A DNA stretch of 63,714 bases from Octopus bimaculoides (lineage: Eukaryota). Below the pieces are notes generated by a model. That model was not told the origin of the DNA and searched no databases. It saw nothing but the letters and a program-made list of their open reading frames with translations. The stretch's first letter is position 1. Every line of letters begins with the position of its first letter. The stretch spans positions 50,850,932-50,914,645 of the forward strand of contig NC_068998.1 in NCBI RefSeq assembly GCF_001194135.2, in the 5' to 3' direction. The translations under genes were made by a program, and so were the position numbers. Below, one piece after another: positions 48,490-61,200 of this stretch.

Positions 48490-48625
48490 AAAAAGTGTAC
48501 TCAACACAAATGTATCAGTTTAATGCTCGGGAAGTGAGAAAGTCTTTTACGTTTCGAGCCTACGCTCTTCAACAGAAAGGAACACAGAAATAAACAGGGA
48601 GAGAAAATAGAAAAAGGTTTAGTGG
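48490..48625 (-). mobile_element. Penelope-like remnant with degenerate hammerhead-like core
   Basis: Minus strand CTGTTGAA-GAGC-GTAG-GCTC-GAAAC (48551-48575). Confidence 0.3.
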
Positions 48626-48805
48626 CTAATGTGCAGATTGAGAGAAAACAGGGTCAGAAAAAATAGGGTAAGAAGAAACGACAATAGGAAAAAGCAGAAA
48701 GTACAAAAAAAGTTCAGAAAAGTTCAAAAGGTTCAAACATTGTGGAGTATTGGAGCAATTTCTCATTAACAGAAGAGTCCAGTGTAATCCATGTGTATGC
48801 AGGAG

Positions 48806-48851
<46 letters not shown>

Positions 48852-48854
48852 ATA

Positions 48855-48888
<34 letters not shown>

Positions 48889-48894
48889 AATGTA

Positions 48895-49115
48895 TCATCG
48901 TCATCATCATCGTTTAACGTCCGCTTTCAATGCTGGCATGGGTTGGACAGTTTGACTGAGAGATGGCAAGCCAGAAAGCTGCACCAGGCTCCAATCCGAT
49001 CTGGCAATATTTCAACAGCTAGATGTCCTTCCAAACGCCAACCACTCCGAAAGTGTAGTGGGTGCCTTTTTATGTGCCACCAGCATGAGGGCCAGTCAGG
49101 TGGTACTGGCATCAG
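48895..49115 (-). mobile_element. SINE family C
   Basis: CGTTTAACGTCCGCTTTCAATGCTGGCATGGGTTGGAC. Confidence 0.85.
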
Positions 49116-50260
49116 CCATGCATGCATATACATGCACATACACACACACACACACACGCATATGCATACCTGTGGGTAAATATATCTATAACTGGATATG
49201 TATGGATGTTCATGTGTGTGTCTCTGTATGTGTTCATGCAATGTGTATATGTGTGTATCTATGTGTGAGTGTGTGTGTGTATCTGTGTTTTGATGAGTGT
49301 GTATGCACGCATGCGAGTGCCTGTGTGTGTTGGTTGGTTTAATCGTACAACATCAGCTGAAGTGAGAAATGGAACATTACAAAAGAGCACAACTCAACTA
49401 CAAACTTGACCTAATATTTTTGTCATTGCTTCCTCCCCCACCGCCACCACCAAAACTGTTTCCGGAAATTACCAGTTTCAAAAGGGATTGGTTTTTTTGT
49501 TTTTTTTTCCTGGGACAATCATGAAGACTATGTTGGTGATAGCCTTGACTGCATTACTGGTGGTGGCGGTGGCGGTCGTGATGGCGATGGTGGTGGTGGA
49601 ACTTTCAGCTACGTTCCTACTTTAAACATACTTCAGTGAATATCTACATGTTGCGTAGTAATTTCAAGCGTACCAATCCCTCACACTATCACTCTCGCTT
49701 CCTGCACCCCCACCACCTCCATCGTTTTGGAGGACAAGATTATCTCCCCCTTTCACTTCCCCCTCCCCTCACATACTTTGCAGTTTTAACAGGAATGGTA
49801 TTAATTTTATTGTTTCATTTAATTTTCTTTTTATATATTTACTAACGTGGCTGTGCGGTTGAGAGGTTCACGTTGCAGCCCCAGGCCAATCAATGCCATG
49901 TAAGGGAATTTAGTAAAAGGAAACTGTGAGGAAGACTGTGATATTTATCTAGCTACCTACCTATCTATCTATTTATCTAACTGTAGGTACATATACATGT
50001 ATACATACATGTCATACTGGGTCACTGAAGGGTCCAGGCAAAACAAAGTGACCCTGGAAATTATCTTTTAATGCCAGGTACTTATCCTTTCGCTCTCCTT
50101 TGATGAATCAATAGGTTACAGAGGTGTAAACAAACTAACACTGATTGTCAAGTGGTGGTGGGGGACCAGCATAAACACACACATGCGCTCACATACGCGC
50201 ACATACAAAGAAATTGTGCCACAGTGTACCTATATGCTGTGATCCTGAATTGGGCAGGGG

Positions 50261-50555
50261 ACATATGGCCCATGGTTCCTGCTTTGGATGAACCTTGAAG
50301 CTAAAGTCCAGGTCGTTTGGGCAGTGCTGGTGGTATATTCTCCACATTGCGCAAATGACGTGCCACTTGCGGTGGCACTGGAGAGAGTAGAGTTTCAAGG
50401 CTTTAAAGCGGCCCCAGTTATCAAGATCAGACATGCCCTTAATTCGTTTAGTGCATGCCCTCTGGGGTGATTTAATATTTGAGATGATTTGTTTTGTATG
50501 GGGAAACCACAGAAGGCAACAGTATTCAAGGTGTGGCCGTACAAAGGAGATAACA

Positions 50556-50557
<2 letters not shown>
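50261..50557 (-). pseudogene. CR1-group LINE reverse-transcriptase C-terminal relic
   Basis: Open 99-codon frame including SFVRPHLEYCCLLWFPHTKQ...QRACTKRIKGMSDLDNWGRFKALKLYSLQ, matching the RPHLEY and Y/W-x-x-RL-x-x-L-x-L-x-SL motifs. Confidence 0.88.
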
Positions 50558-50594
<37 letters not shown>

Positions 50595-51360
50595 TCGCCA
50601 TGATAGATTGCTGACGACTNNNNNNNNNNNNNNNNNNNNNNNNNNNNNNNNNNNNNNNNNNNNNNNNNNNNNNNNNNNNNNNNNNNNNNNNNNNNNNNNN
50701 NNNNNNNNNNNNNNNNNNNNNNNNNNNNNNNNNNNNNNNNNNNNNNNNNNNNNNNNNNNNNNNNNNNNNNNNNNNNNNNNNNNNNNNNNNNNNNNNNNNN
50801 NNNNNNNNNNNNNNNNNNNNNNNNNNNNNNNNNNNNNNNNNNNNNNNNNNNNNNNNNNNNNNNNNNNNNNNNNNNNNNNNNNNNNNNNNNNNNNNNNNNN
50901 NNNNNNNNNNNNNNNNNNNNNNNNNNNNNNNNNNNNNNNNNNNNNNNNNNNNNNNNNNNNNNNNNNNNNNNNNNNNNNNNNNNNNNNNNNNNNNNNNNNN
51001 NNNNNNNNNNNNNNNNNNNNNNNNNNNNNNNNNNNNNNNNNNNNNNNNNNNNNNNNNNNNNNNNNNNNNNNNNNNNNNNNNNNNNNNNNNNNNNNNNNNN
51101 NNNNNNNNNNNNNNNNNNNNNNNNNNNNNNNNNNNNNNNNNNNNNNNNNNNNNNNNNNNNNNNNNNNNNNNNNNNNNNNNNNNNNNNNNNNNNNNNNNNN
51201 NNNNNNNNNNNNNNNNNNNNNNNNNNNNNNNNNNNNNNNNNNNNNNNNNNNNNNNNNNNNNNNNNNNNNNNNNNNNNNNNNNNNNNNNNNNNNNNNNNNN
51301 NNNNNNNNNNNNNNNNNNNNNNNNNNNNNNNNNNNNNNNNNNNNNNNNNNNNNNNNNNNN

Positions 51361-51427
<67 letters not shown>

Positions 51428-52261
51428 ATATATGTGTATGTTTGTATATACATATATATGTATATACAGCACACACACTTATGTGAATACACATATACTT
51501 GGACATACATGCATATACATATACACATGCCATACATATACATACATATACATATATACATATATATACACACACACATATATATAAATATATATAAAAA
51601 AAAATATATATATATTGTATATACAGTTATATTTACATACATACACATATACATACATAAATATGCATACATGTATATACGAAAGATACATTCATACATA
51701 TACATAAAGTATAAATATACATACACATATACACACACACACATATATATACACACATATGTACGAATGTTTGTGTATAAACAAACCACCAGATCAATTA
51801 ATGATTAGTTTTACGTTTACAATGCCTGAAAACCAATTAATAACAATAGTTATAGCCTGTGCATGTAATGCAGGGGGTGGGGGTAGGGTGGGACATCATT
51901 CTATAAACATATTGACCACTGTCCAGTGATGACAAAAACAGTCAGAGCAGCAAACTGCTTTTAAGAGAATAAAACACAAAATGAGAATCAGAGACATCTA
52001 CTGGGGATCTTCGTCAGCAAAAAATTCATTAGTTATCACTGTCATCATCATTATCATCATTGTCCTCATCATCATCACCACCACCACCACCACCACCATT
52101 ATCATCATCATCACCATCACTTCAAAATGTCAGCTTATTTCTGTCACAATCTCTTCATCCATCATTACCATCAGCAGCAGCATCATCATCATCATTGTCA
52201 TTATATCATCATCAACACCATCACCTCCACCATTATTATCACAGACGTCACCAGTATTACG

Positions 52262-52395
52262 GCTGCGAGCTGGCAGAAACGTTAGCATGCCGGGCGAAAT
52301 GCTTAGTGGTACTACGTCTGTCCTTACGTTCTGAGTTCAAATTCCACCGAGGTCGACTTTGCCTTTTGTCGTTTCAGGGTCGATGAACTAAGTAT
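52262..52395 (+). mobile_element. SINE family B, 3'-truncated
   Basis: GCGAGCTGGCAGAAACGTTAGCATGCCGGGCG...GAGTTCAAATTCC. Confidence 0.88.
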
Positions 52396-52402
52396 TATTA
52401 AA

Positions 52403-52636
52403 TTTATTTCTTTATTGCTTACAAGGGGCTAAACATAAAGGGGACAAACAAGGACAGACAAAGGGATTAAGTCGATTAGATCAACCCTAGTACGTAACTG
52501 GTACTTATTTAATCGACCCCGAAAGGATGAAAGGCAAAGTCAACCTCAGCGGAATTTGAATTCAGAACGTAATGGCAGACAAATTACCGCTAAGCATTTC
52601 GCCCAGCATGCTAACGTTTCTGCCAGCTCGCTGCCT
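52403..52636 (-). mobile_element. SINE family B subfamily with GGACAGACAAAGGGATTAAG tail
   Basis: Same tail variant at 54824-55055. Confidence 0.88.
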
Positions 52637-52644
52637 TTACAAAC

Positions 52645-53100
52645 AGCGTTACTAAATTAGCAATAAAATGAAGACAGCCGACCGGATGGAAACTTAGAAC
52701 TTTCAGAGACAAGAAAACAGGAAACTACGATGATCCAGTGGAAGACCTATGTAGTCTGCTGCTCAGAATACTACTCCCAACTAAGGCCACCACACGGTGC
52801 AGTATTAACGACGGAACTTGAAGCATTCCGGTGAAGTTACACAAAGATGGTTGTCTCACTGTGACATGTCAGCTTTTGGGAGAGGTTTAAAATGTTAAGA
52901 TTCTATTTCCTAAAATGATGGTGGCTAAGAAATGCAGTGATATACATCTAGAAAATCCCGGAAGGACTCACACCAAGCTTTGGTATTGAAAGTATTATAA
53001 TGAGCGGAGAAGGATGCCAACGCTTTGTATCAAAAATCTCAAGACATGCCACCAGGATACAGGATCTGCAACAACTTGCACTGATATGCTTTCATGGAAG
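52645..53100 (+). pseudogene. CR1/Jockey-group LINE RT C-terminal relic (stops and frameshifts)
   Basis: KLAIK*RQPTGWKLRTFR / ETTMIQWKTYVVCCSEYYSQLRPPH..ELEAFR*SYTK...SFWERFKMLRFYFLK*..AVIYI*KIPEGLTPSFGIES. Confidence 0.75.
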
Positions 53101-53379
53101 ACCGGAAACTAACGGTAATGCTTGTGTGATAGGTACACTTGTTGAGGATCATCACTTGATGCCAAGACAAGAAAACACATACACACACAAACATACTCAC
53201 AAAGTCGCACACACACACACATAAATATACTCACACAGTCACACATGCACACACATAAACATACTCACACAGTCACACACACACAAACATACTCAATCAC
53301 ACACACACACACACACATAAACATACTCACAGTCACAAACACACACACTCTTTCATGCAGACACATGCACATTCACACA

Positions 53380-53510
53380 CCAAGGGTACACGTGTCTGTG
53401 GAGTGCTCAGCCACTTGCATGTTAATTTCACAAGGAGGCTGTTCTGTCGATCGGATCAACTGGAACCCTCGTCGTCGTAAGCGACGGAATGCCGCGACAA
53501 TAACCACAGT
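53380..53510 (+). mobile_element. Probable SINE 3' tail fragment
   Basis: GC-richer GTGGAGTGCTCAGCCACTTGC...ACTGGAACCCTCGTCGTCGTAAGCGACGG embedded in (CA)n; recognised as repeat-like only. Confidence 0.4.
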
Positions 53511-54433
53511 ATTTACACTGGCACAACTGCTCACATACACACACACTCAGACATACATACATTTTCATACACATACCCATACACAGATACACATACAGAC
53601 ACACATACACATACCAACATATATACACAAACATCTACACGCCCACACATACACATCTATGCATACACAAAAACACATAAACAAATACAATAAAACATAT
53701 ATATACAAACACCCAATATAAACACTTTACTCGCATATACACATACATACACATATCTTTACACACACCTCCACACATACACATACACATGTCCATTGTC
53801 TGTAATATTAAATGCGTGAAGTCTTAACGTCTTAACAAACAGGCCGGATTATAAACCAATCAAACATATTGATAAATAATGGCCTAGCAACGCCATCAAT
53901 ACTATTGATCATTTCTTTAACTCATAGTGACACCTACTTTTGAACGCATGATGAATAAGTTGGTAACCCGAACCCCTGTCTTTCATCATCATCACCCATC
54001 ACCCTTCACCACTACAACCACCATCGTTATCAGTAGCAGCGATTTGACGTCCACTTTTCTGTGCTTAACTCGGTCAAACGAAACAGCCGGAGACAAATTT
54101 TTCGATGGCTTTTATCAGTCCTCAAGCAACTTGATATTTTCCTCTAATCCTTTGAACACACAATCACACACACACACACACACACACAGCTCAATGATCA
54201 GACATGTTTTCATGGACAATTGCAAACAAAATACATTTTTTTTTTCTTCGTTAATGAACACTGACTTTGTTTACAATTAGTGTGTAAATGTGAAGAGGAG
54301 ACATCACTCACACATACACACGTCAGATTGGAACCTGGTGCAGCTCACCAGTTTGCCAGCTCTGGTCAAATCGTCCAACCCATACCAGCATGGAAAACAA
54401 ACCTTAAAGGATGATGATGATGATGATGCTAGA

Positions 54434-54516
<83 letters not shown>

Positions 54517-54529
54517 ATATATATATATA

Positions 54530-54800
54530 TTTTATTCTTTTACTTGTTTCAGTCATTTTGACAGTGGCCATACTGGAGTATTGCCTCTAGTTGAACAAAT
54601 AAACTCCAGGACTTATTCTTTGTAAGCTTAGTCATCTATCATTCTAGCATTCTCTTTTGCTGCACCACTAAGTTCAGGGATGTAAACACACCAACATCGG
54701 TTGTCAAGTGATAGTGGGGGGAACAAACACAGACACAAACATATACATATATATAAATACATGACAGGCTTCTTTCAGTTTCCATCAACTGCATCCACCC
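54530..54800 (-). mobile_element. SINE family A lacking head
   Basis: Tail to ACAGGCTTCTTTCAGTTTCC. Confidence 0.8.
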
Positions 54801-54823
54801 AGAAGGCTTTGCTAATGTTTCGT

Positions 54824-55275
54824 ATTTCTTTACTGCCCACAAGGGGCTACACACAGACAGGACAAAAAAAGGACAGACAAAGGGATTAAGTTGATTACAT
54901 CGACCCAGTGCATAACTGGTACTTATTTAATCGACCCCGAAAGGATGAAAGGCAAAGTCGACCTCGGCAAAATTTGAACTCAGAATGTAGCAACAAGTGA
55001 AAAACTGTTAAGCATTTCACCTGGCATGCTAACGGTTCTGCCAGCTCGCTGCCTTAAGATAACCTTAATACTCTAGGCACAAGACCCGAAATTTTTGGGA
55101 CAGGGGGGGCCAGTCATTTAGATTGATCCCAGTACGCAACTGGTACTTAATTTATCGACCCTGAAAGGATGAAAGGCCAAGTCGACCTCGGCGAAATTTG
55201 AACTCAGAACATAAGACAGACGAAATACCGCTAAGAATTTCGTCTGGTGTGCTAATGCTTCTGCCAGCTCGCTAA
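54824..55275 (-). mobile_element. Two tandem SINE family B copies (54824-55055, 55070-55275)
   Basis: Both contain GAAAGGATGAAAGG..AAGTCGACCTCGGC.AAATTTGAACTCAG. Confidence 0.88.
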
Positions 55276-55666
55276 TAACCTTAATGTTGATCATAGACTT
55301 GCTTGACAAAACCTGACCCAGGGTTAAACAACAGCAACAACTACAACAACAAAATAACATGATTATAAAACTGATGAAAGGACAGTTTGATTGAAGGTGA
55401 TGAAAGGTCAACCAATAAGAACATAACTGTATTGATTACAAAACTGTTTGATCAATCAATCAATCAGAAAAGCTGAGACCATTAGAAGGTAGTGATGGAA
55501 AAGGGAGAGGGAGGGAGGGAGGTGAGAGCGTGCCTGAGGGGGGGGGGCTGGAGGTAGAACAACAAAAGAAATTAATGGAGTGGAGTACTGATTGATATCT
55601 ATCAGAGAATCTGTATGAAAGCAATCCGGGGTGGTGGGGGAGCCTAACCACACCCACGACCACAAT

Positions 55667-55708
<42 letters not shown>

Positions 55709-56004
55709 TGGTAGGAAGATTTGGTTGCTATTTCTAGCACTTCAAGTGGCTAGGTAGTGGCTCCCTAGTTGGCTTGCCAAACAATAAATCATGTGAGGGG
55801 AAAGTTATAATAAATAAGTGTGTTAAAAGTTCATTTAATAAGTGTCTGTGGTTATACAGGAAATTCCTCTCACATCCTCAAAATAATAAGCATTAAACAA
55901 AACAAAGTACTATCATAATTCTATTCACACATCACACACTGGAGATTTATTGTTCAGATATTGTTGTGGATGTTATTATTATCTTTATTATCATTCTTAC
56001 TGAG

Positions 56005-56225
56005 ACAGCGAGCTGGCGGAATGGTTAGCAGGCCAGGCGAAATGCTTCATGACATTTCGTCCGGCTTTACATTCTGAGTTCAAATTCTGCTGAGGTTGAT
56101 TTTGCTTTTTACTGTTTTAGGGTTGATAAAATAAGAACCAGTTGAGTACTGGGGTCGATATAATTGACTGACCCCCAATATTACTGGCCTTGTACCAAAG
56201 TTTGAAACCATTATCATTATTATTA
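56005..56225 (+). mobile_element. SINE family B
   Basis: GCGAGCTGGCGGAATGGTTAGC...GAGTTCAAATTCTGC...(ATT)n. Confidence 0.85.
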
Positions 56226-56242
56226 TTATTATCATCATCATC

Positions 56243-56490
56243 ATTGTTGGGTGAAAGAGCAACGCATGACATCAAAGTGACGCTGGGGTAAAATATACGA
56301 AGCCCAGTACACCCATCATGACTACCCATTTGATAAGGGTACACCAGGCACATGCATCACAACCAAATGTGTACATGGCAAACTCATATCAAAATAAACA
56401 GCGCATTGACCTTGCAGGTGAGGCCATAAATAGTGCATGATCTTGCTGGTGGGGCCATAAATAGTGCATGACTTTGCTGGTGGGGGTCTT
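56243..56490 (-). mobile_element. Probable SINE 3' portion with a 30-bp tandem duplication
   Basis: GGCCATAAATAGTGCATGA.(C/T)TTGCTGGTGGGG occurs twice; assignment as a SINE tail is by recollection only. Confidence 0.4.
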
Positions 56491-56496
56491 ATAATT

Positions 56497-56867
56497 ATTA
56501 CCTCTGCCTTAGTTAAGATGAAGGTATTGTTTTCAGTCATGTTTGTTTGTTTGTTTGTCTGTGGACAAAATATCTCAAGAACCACTGGATGGATTCGAAT
56601 GAAACTTTCAGGGATGTTTGGCCTTGTGATTGGTACGAACTGATTAGATTTTGGGATCAATCCAGTACTGAACAAGGATTCTGGATTATTTTTCCTGTTT
56701 TTTAACTTAATTTTTGAGAGCAGCCAGGTTAATTTTTAGTATTCTCTTTTGTGAGAACAATCGAGTTTATTTAAGATATTCTCATTTTAAAAATCATATC
56801 CGGTTGATCGTTGAGAGGACATTAGTGTTGCCTTGACGGAGGCTTGTGCTCTCTGAGTGCTCTTGTT
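56497..56867 (+). mobile_element. Helentron-associated non-autonomous element (HINE/DINE-1-like), copy 1
   Basis: 5' ATTACCTCTGCC stem-loop, (GTTT)n microsatellite, subterminal inverted GCCTTGACGGAGG, 3' hairpin GTGCTCTCTGAGTGC, T-rich end. Confidence 0.8.
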
Positions 56868-56870
56868 ACA

Positions 56871-57234
56871 ATTACCTCCACCTTAGCGAAGGCAGAAGTA
56901 TTATTTTCAGTCATGTTTGTTTGTCCGTGGACAAGATATCTCAAGAACCATTGGATGGATTCAGATGGAACTTTCAGGAATGTTTTGCTTCGTGACTGAC
57001 ACAAACTGATTAGATTTTATGGCTGATCCGGAACTGGACAAGGATTCTGGATTATTTTTCCTGTTTTTTTTTTATTAATTTTTGAGAGCAATCACGTTCA
57101 TTTCTAGTATTCTCACTCGTGAGAGCAGCCAGGTTTATTTCAGATATTCTCATTTTAAAAATCATCTCTGACTAATTGTTAGAGGATGTAGGTGTTGCCT
57201 TGGTAGCGGTTTGTGCTCTCTGAATGCTCTTGTC
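56871..57234 (+). mobile_element. HINE-like element, copy 2 (direct tandem)
   Basis: Collinear with copy 1 at 374-bp period; diverged. Confidence 0.8.
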
Positions 57235-57550
57235 ATTATTATTATTATGATTGGCAGAATCCTTAGCACACAGGACAAAATTCTTGGTGACATTTCAGGC
57301 TTTTTATATTCTGAATACAACTACAGCTGAGATCAATTTTGCTTTCCATTCTTCTGGAGTCGATAGAACAAAGTACCAGGTAAAGTACATGAGGCAATAT
57401 GAATCTGGTTTTTCCTAATTCAGGATAATATATGAGCACATATATATGTGTGTGTGTGTGTCTACATATACCACTATCATCATCATGGGTGACTGCATGT
57501 GTATGCATGTGTGAGTAAATATACGTGTATATATGAGTAGATATGCATAA

Positions 57551-57905
57551 TCTTTTACTTGTTTCAGTCATTAGACTGCGACCATACTGGGGCACTGCCT
57601 TTAAATGTTTTAGTCAGATATGTTGACCCCAGTGCTTAGTTTTTTAAAGCCTGGTGTTTTATCTATTGCTCGTTTGCCAAACCACTAAGTTACAGGGACA
57701 CAAACAAACCATACCTGGTTGTCAAGCGATAGTTGAGGACAAACACACATCTGTGTGTGTGTGTGTGACAGGCGTTTTTAAGCTTCAGTCAAACAAATCC
57801 GTTCACAAGGATAGCCCTAGTTGACTCAGAGCTATAGCAGAAGATACTTGCCCAAGGTGCCACACGGTGGGACTGAACCTGAAACCATGTGGTTGGGAAG
57901 TAAAC
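57551..57905 (-). mobile_element. SINE family A, diverged full-length
   Basis: CTTTTACTTGTTTCAGTCATTAGAC to GGGACTGAACCTGAAACCATG. Confidence 0.8.
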
Positions 57906-57965
57906 TTATAAAATATATATGTGTGTTTTTTTGTGTGTGTGTGTGTGCAGGGTTGCACAGGAAGG

Positions 57966-57998
<33 letters not shown>

Positions 57999-58489
57999 AT
58001 GATGGGCTTCAGTACAGTTTCTATTTACCGTAATTAACTCAACATGAAGATCCATGACCAACATACTCACACAGTATTCTTGAACCTAGAACCACATGGC
58101 CATATTTTTAAAGAAAAAGAACATATATTTAGAAAAATACAGATTAAAACTTAAAATAACCATTATTCCTTGTAACATAACACTAATTTGTTTAGAAGTC
58201 TTGCTGAATTAATTACTAAAATTAGTTCCATTAGCAATCCTACTTAACTACGTCCCATCTGTTTTGTATCAGATATTCAATGAACATCCACGCTACCCCA
58301 CCCACCACATCTGCTGATAACATTCTAGGGAAACGGCTAATGGTAGTAATTTTGTTTTAATTTTTTAAAATTTATTGGTCATTTATTTATTTATTTTGTG
58401 TGGAGGTAACAAGGTACCTTTATACAGACTGCTTGCTCAACTTGCTAGAAATTACAACCAGTTCTTCAAATAATAATAATAATAATAAT

Positions 58490-58625
58490 AATTCTTTCTA
58501 TTGGAGGCACAAAGACTTGAATTTGTGGGGAGTGGACTAGTCACTTACATCGACCCCAGTGCATAACTGGTACTTAATTTATTGACCCTGAAAGGATGAA
58601 AGGGAAAGCTGACCTCGGTGGAATT
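58490..58625 (-). mobile_element. SINE family B 3' part
   Basis: CGACCCCAGTGCATAACTGGTACTTAATTTATTGACCCTGAAAGGATG. Confidence 0.8.
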
Positions 58626-58628
58626 ATC

Positions 58629-58664
<36 letters not shown>

Positions 58665-59429
58665 TTCATCTTCATTATCATCATCATCCTCTTCACTGTA
58701 GTCATCGTCGATATTGTCGTCATCGTCATCATCACTATGATAATTAGTAATCTCCGTCATCATTGTCGTCGTCATCAACCATCATTATCATGATCATCAT
58801 CACCATCATCATTACCATCATTATTGTTGTCATCATCATCACTACCACCACTACCACCACCATTGATACTGATACATTGATGACCTCGAAAAGATGAAAA
58901 ACAAAGTTGACACAGCATGATTCAAATTTGTATCATAGAATATCAATCCTCCACCCTGGACTGACACTTTGTTTATCAAACTTTCAGAGAATAAAAGGAA
59001 AAGTTGACCTCGGTCACATTTGAACTTTAGACAGCAACAGGCTAGAACTAACACTGCAAGGTGCCTTCCCTGATCTTCTAACAATCATGTCCAATTAGCC
59101 ATCCACCTCACTCCAGACTGGCAATAGATTTATCGAGACTGCAATGATGGAAAGCAATGAAAGGCAAAGGCAATGTTGACCGTGACAGGATTTGAACCAA
59201 GCTGGAGCAGACAGTGTAAGGCAGGTACCTCATCTGATGCTGTTACAACGCAGCCAATTCACCAAATTCGGTGGGGGAGGGGTGGTGGTTAAACAACAAC
59301 AACAACAACAACAGCAAGAGTACTGTGTGAAGAAGGGATTAATGTTCACCACCTGACTGTTGCAATCTGAGATAGCGGAATACCTACTTATATCTATGGT
59401 TTGTTTATATACTGCATACATATATATAC

Positions 59430-59460
<31 letters not shown>

Positions 59461-59627
59461 AAGTGTGGGCATGTACAAGTATATACACATACAGATATAG
59501 AAATATCTATATCTAAACACACACACGTATATATACACATACACATATTATATCACTCACATTCTAGAACATTTAGTCTTACTATGAAGGGCTTGTTGTT
59601 TTTTGTTGTTTATTTTTAATACGTTTT

Positions 59628-59663
<36 letters not shown>

Positions 59664-60107
59664 TGATAACACACATCCCATTGCAATGTGGAAATTAATT
59701 GTAACAGACACCTCATTCAGTTTACATTTGAGTCATTAACCAGCTGCATTGCATCATGGGAAGACAGTGAATTAGCAGACCCGTTACAGCATCAGTCAGA
59801 ATACCTTATCATATCTGTTCCAATTCTCAGTGATCCGAGTTCATATCCCATGAAGGACAACCATACTTTTCATCCTATCAGAGCTGGCAAAAAAAAAAAA
59901 GTACCAATCCAAGGCTATATATTTGTAGAATGGTAAGGGAGTCAAGCAAGGTGACTTGTGGTGTTTGATCCATTGCTTAGTGTTCTGATGACAACATCTG
60001 TAATGACCCAGATGCCAAGTTGTGTTGGTCCAAATTGGTGAGCCTTTCCCTGAGATAAATATCATTAGTGAAGAGAGGAGACGACTCGCATGCATTAACA
60101 ACTTCGG

Positions 60108-60157
<50 letters not shown>

Positions 60158-60294
60158 TCAGTGTCCTTTGTCTACTGTAACCTCTTCAATGACTGGTCCT
60201 GTTTAATCCATTCTTATCCTGTTTAGTGAAGTAGAGAATGGACAGAGGTCAACATGATGTGTAATGAAAGGCTTGGACAAAAGACACTAAAAAA

Positions 60295-60342
60295 ATAATG
60301 ATGATGACAACGATAATAATGATAATAATAATAATAATAATG

Positions 60343-60381
<39 letters not shown>

Positions 60382-60414
60382 TTAATAATGATGATGATAA
60401 TGATTATAATAATG

Positions 60415-60459
<45 letters not shown>

Positions 60460-60482
60460 TTAATAATGACGATGATAATGAT

Positions 60483-60532
<50 letters not shown>

Positions 60533-60570
60533 TGATGATGATGATGATGATGATAATGATAATGATAATA
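60295..60570. repeat. (AAT)n/(GAT)n tract with a 78-bp higher-order duplication
   Basis: ATTAATAATGA(T/C)GATGATAATGATTATAAT at 60381 and 60459. Confidence 0.9.
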
Positions 60571-60714
60571 AAGCTGAAGTGAAGAGAAAGTATGTGGTAC
60601 GTGTGGTTAAGTAGCAAAGCATGACCATCCCCAAATATAACAATATCTGTTTCAACACACAATTTCCCATCAGGAATCTGGCAAAACAAATACGTAAATG
60701 CATGTGTCTCATTA

Positions 60715-61035
60715 TCATCATCATCATCATCATCATCATCATTATCATCAATATCATCGTTTTACGTCCACTTTACATGCTGGCATGGGTTGGACAGTTT
60801 GACTGAGGACTGGCAAGCTGGGAAGCTGCACCCTGACTTGGCAGGGTTTCTACAGCTGGATGCCCTTCCTAACGCCAACCACTCCGAGAGTGTAGTGGGT
60901 GCTTTTACATGCCACCGACACAAGGGCCAGTCAGGCAGTACTGGCAACGACCATGCTCAAAAGGTGTCTTTTACTTTCTACCTGCGCGGGAGCCAGTCTG
61001 GCGGCACTGGCAATGACCGCACTCAAATGTTGTTT
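60715..61035 (-). mobile_element. SINE family C
   Basis: Tail plus two to three internal subrepeats. Confidence 0.85.
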
Positions 61036-61039
61036 TACA

Positions 61040-61200
61040 CGTCCCAGCAAAAGAGATTGATAGATCAAGTGCCAAACTTGCAAAAGGAAGCATAAGTAGA
61101 GGGGATCAATTTGTTCATCTAAAAACTCTTCAAGGTATGGCCCCAGAATGGCCACAGTCGAATGACTGAAACAAGTAAAAAATAATAAATAAAATATATA
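61040..61200 (+). mobile_element. SINE family A tail
   Basis: CAGAATGGCCACAGTCGAATGACTGAAACAAGTAAAA. Confidence 0.7.
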
